Part shown: positions 61,731 to 64,000 of the stretch, piece by piece
Position numbering within the stretch: position 1 is the stretch's first letter
Layout of the letters: each line of letters starts with the position of its first letter
From: Candidatus Latescibacterota bacterium
GTDB taxonomy: Bacteria; Latescibacterota; UBA2968; GCA-2709665
Direction: 5' to 3'
DNA: 64,000 nt
NCBI GenBank assembly: GCA_965222075.1
Contig: OZ244937.1
Span: 3,136,001 to 3,200,000 of the forward strand
Translations under genes and position numbers: made by a program
The notes under the pieces: generated by a model
Seen by the model: the letters and a program-made list of their open reading frames with translations, nothing else
Databases searched by the model: none
Told to the model about the DNA's origin: nothing

Positions 61731-63362
61731 ATGTTAAGGCTGTATTCAGCGGAGCGGCCTGCCTCCATCCGGGTTCGATGGTCCTTTTTCTGGATTCTGA
61801 GGAGGGGGCTGTGTGCTCTGGGCGTCTGCCTTGCCGGGTGCACCGGGCAGGAGAGCGGGGATGGGGCACCTGCCCCGGCGGTCTCTCCAGTGCCGGACGG
61901 CCAGGTGGTGTGGCGTTCCTGGTCCCACCGGGATTCGGCCCGGGTGCTGGGGCGTCCTGTTTTTCTTTTTTTGTATACCCGCCGTTCCTGCTGGTGCCGG
62001 GAAATGGTTGAGCGCTGTTTTGCAGATCGGGCGCTGGCCCGTGAGGTGGTCCGGGGGACCTTCCCAATCCGGGTGGATGCGGACCGCCGCCCCGACCTGG
62101 CCGAACGGTTTGGGATGGGGGGGTGGCCTTCGGTGGTTTACCTTACCCCAGAGGGGGACTGGGTGACGGGAAGCACCTATATGGATCCGGTCGATTTGGT
62201 TGATCTGACGCGGCGGGTGCGCGTCTATTTTGACAACCCCAAGCGCCGGGAGGATCTGGAACGGGAGCGAGGGTATCTAAAGAAACGGGTAGCGCAGGAG
62301 GCCCGACGCGGTTTGCATCCGCCTTCTTCGGAGCTCTTGCAGCGGCTGGTGGACAGTACTCGCACGGCGGTTGCCCGGGGGGCGCATCCCGGATTTGAGG
62401 CCCTTACCATGCTCTTGGAATACGGCGGGCTAAAGGGGGATTCCGACGCAAGGGAGGCCGCCCTGGGCATGCTGGACTGCCTGGCCTGTGGGCCCATGCG
62501 GGACCGGGACGGTACCTTTTTTCTGGCGCCTCTGACATCCGATGCGGCCGTGGTGGACCGGGAAAAGAACTTGGCGGTGAACGCCGGGCTGCTGGGGACG
62601 TTTGCCCGGGCCGCCCGACAGACGGGGCAGGAGAGGTACCGGGAGGTCGCTGTGGGGCTGGGTGAGGCCCTCCGGCAGGGATTCTACGACCCTCCGAATT
62701 CCCTCTTTTTTGCAGGATATGCGGGGGTTTGCGAACGGGCGCTTTTGAATGAAGAGGCAACAGCCCTCCGCGATCCGGCCTTTTACACCGGCTGGAATGC
62801 GCTGGCGGTCTCTGCGTTTTTGGACCTCTATCGGGCGGTGGGGGAGGATCGGTATCTGGAGGTCGGCCGTCGGGTTTTGGCGGCCCTGCGGCGACGGATG
62901 GTCCGTGCGGATGGGGGATTCTGGCATTTTCCCAACCCCCCCCAGGACATTCCCCTGCTGTTAGAGGATCAGGCCCTGCTTGCGCGTGCGGCGCTGGATC
63001 TTTTTGAAATTGATGGCTGCGCCGAGGACCTTCGGTTTGCCCGGGATCTGGCCGATATGATGGTTGAGCGGTTTGCGCACGGTTCGGGTGCACTGCACGA
63101 CCGGATGCCTGAACCGGATCGGGCCACCACACCGGCCCTTGACCGCCTGTTGCCTTCGGGCAACGGGGTTGCTGTGCAGGTGCTGCTTCGGCTCCACACC
63201 CTTACGGGCCATTCCCCTTACCGGGAGCGTGCCAGCGGGATATTGACGGCCTTAGTAGGGCCCCATATCGACCGTGCGGCCTATCTGGGCGCTCTGTCCC
63301 GAGGCCTCATCGCCTATCTCTATCCATCCAAACCCTCTAAACCCCGGATCGAATCGCTGTGA
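61731..63362 (+). CDS. DUF255 thioredoxin-domain / YyaL-like lipoprotein
   Basis: Lipobox LAGC, VVWRSW, CWCREM, VDADRRPD, GGWPS, LEDQA, PSGNGV. Confidence 0.8.
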   Translation: MLRLYSAERPASIRVRWSFFWILRRGLCALGVCLAGCTGQESGDGAPAPAVSPVPDGQVVWRSWSHRDSARVLGRPVFLFLYTRRSCWCREMVERCFADRALAREVVRGTFPIRVDADRRPDLAERFGMGGWPSVVYLTPEGDWVTGSTYMDPVDLVDLTRRVRVYFDNPKRREDLERERGYLKKRVAQEARRGLHPPSSELLQRLVDSTRTAVARGAHPGFEALTMLLEYGGLKGDSDAREAALGMLDCLACGPMRDRDGTFFLAPLTSDAAVVDREKNLAVNAGLLGTFARAARQTGQERYREVAVGLGEALRQGFYDPPNSLFFAGYAGVCERALLNEEATALRDPAFYTGWNALAVSAFLDLYRAVGEDRYLEVGRRVLAALRRRMVRADGGFWHFPNPPQDIPLLLEDQALLARAALDLFEIDGCAEDLRFARDLADMMVERFAHGSGALHDRMPEPDRATTPALDRLLPSGNGVAVQVLLRLHTLTGHSPYRERASGILTALVGPHIDRAAYLGALSRGLIAYLYPSKPSKPRIESL

Positions 63363-64000
63363 CCTCCTCTCCTGACACCGTCCTTGTGGTGGGGGCCACC
63401 GGCTTTCTTGGACGCGTCCTTTGCGATGTACCCAGTCGGGACTTTCGGCGCATTCCGGTGGTCCGAACGCTGCGTGCTCCCTTTGCCAAACCGCCGTTGC
63501 GGCAGATGGATATTACCGATTCTGGACAGGTCAATGAGGTGGTCGAACAGGTCCGTCCCAAATGGGTGATCAATACAGCGGCAGAGACCGGCGTTGATGC
63601 GTGCGAGGCGGAGCCGGAACGTGCCCGCCGCGTCCATGTCGACGGGGTGCGCAACCTGGTCCGGGCGTGTGAACAGACGGGCAGCGGGCTGGTTACCCTT
63701 TCGACCAACTATGTGTTCGACGGCACAAAGGGCCCCTATGGGGAGGAGGATGCGCCCAACCCGCTCAATGTGTACGGCCAGACCAAGTTGGAGGGCGAGG
63801 CCTGTATCTTAGAGGCGCGGTGTCCGGGTATTGTAGTCCGTACAGCCGTGCTGTACGGGTATCGGCCGGGGTGCCGGCCCAACTTTGTGACCTGGGCAGC
63901 GAGCGCCCTGGCAAGGGGGGAAGAGATTCGGGTGGTGACCGATGAGTGGGCGAATCCGACCTGTGTTGACGAATTGGCGGTTTTCTTGCTGGATTTGTGT
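63359..64000 (+). CDS. rfbD: dTDP-4-dehydrorhamnose reductase, 3'-truncated by window edge
   Basis: Not in the ORF track (no stop in window); GTG at 63359 reads VLVVGATGFLG, NTAAETGVDACE, STNYVFDG, PLNVYGQTKLEGE. Confidence 0.9.
   Translation, partial: MTSSPDTVLVVGATGFLGRVLCDVPSRDFRRIPVVRTLRAPFAKPPLRQMDITDSGQVNEVVEQVRPKWVINTAAETGVDACEAEPERARRVHVDGVRNLVRACEQTGSGLVTLSTNYVFDGTKGPYGEEDAPNPLNVYGQTKLEGEACILEARCPGIVVRTAVLYGYRPGCRPNFVTWAASALARGEEIRVVTDEWANPTCVDELAVFLLDLC

Overview
GC-rich bacterial chromosome segment (by eye ~60-65% GC) with about 50 genes. A PorV-family gene, a T9SS-type C-terminal sorting domain and a DFDxxGxVxFxDFxxFAxxFG dockerin-like tail point to an FCB-superphylum organism, Latescibacterota-like (inference). 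The left two-thirds is catabolic: lyase-, heparinase- and beta-helix-like proteins, sulfatase, amidohydrolases, PhyH, SDR/TIM isomerase, an E1alpha/beta pair without E2/E3, GGT and PepF. It also holds a decaying lower-GC islet (18.2-20.1 kb) and several deletion/duplication scars. The right part has a TAXI-TRAP/transhydrogenase/SSS run, TPR-eno-YkgJ, and a six-gene PorV-led envelope operon with two intact metallopeptidase domains and one catalytically degenerate M6-like T9SS cargo. A ~157-nt structured RNA candidate lies upstream of that operon, followed by Trm112-like, DUF255 and partial rmlD genes. No rRNA, tRNA, CRISPR or intact transposase was seen. All calls come from motif recognition by eye; no database search or computation was run.
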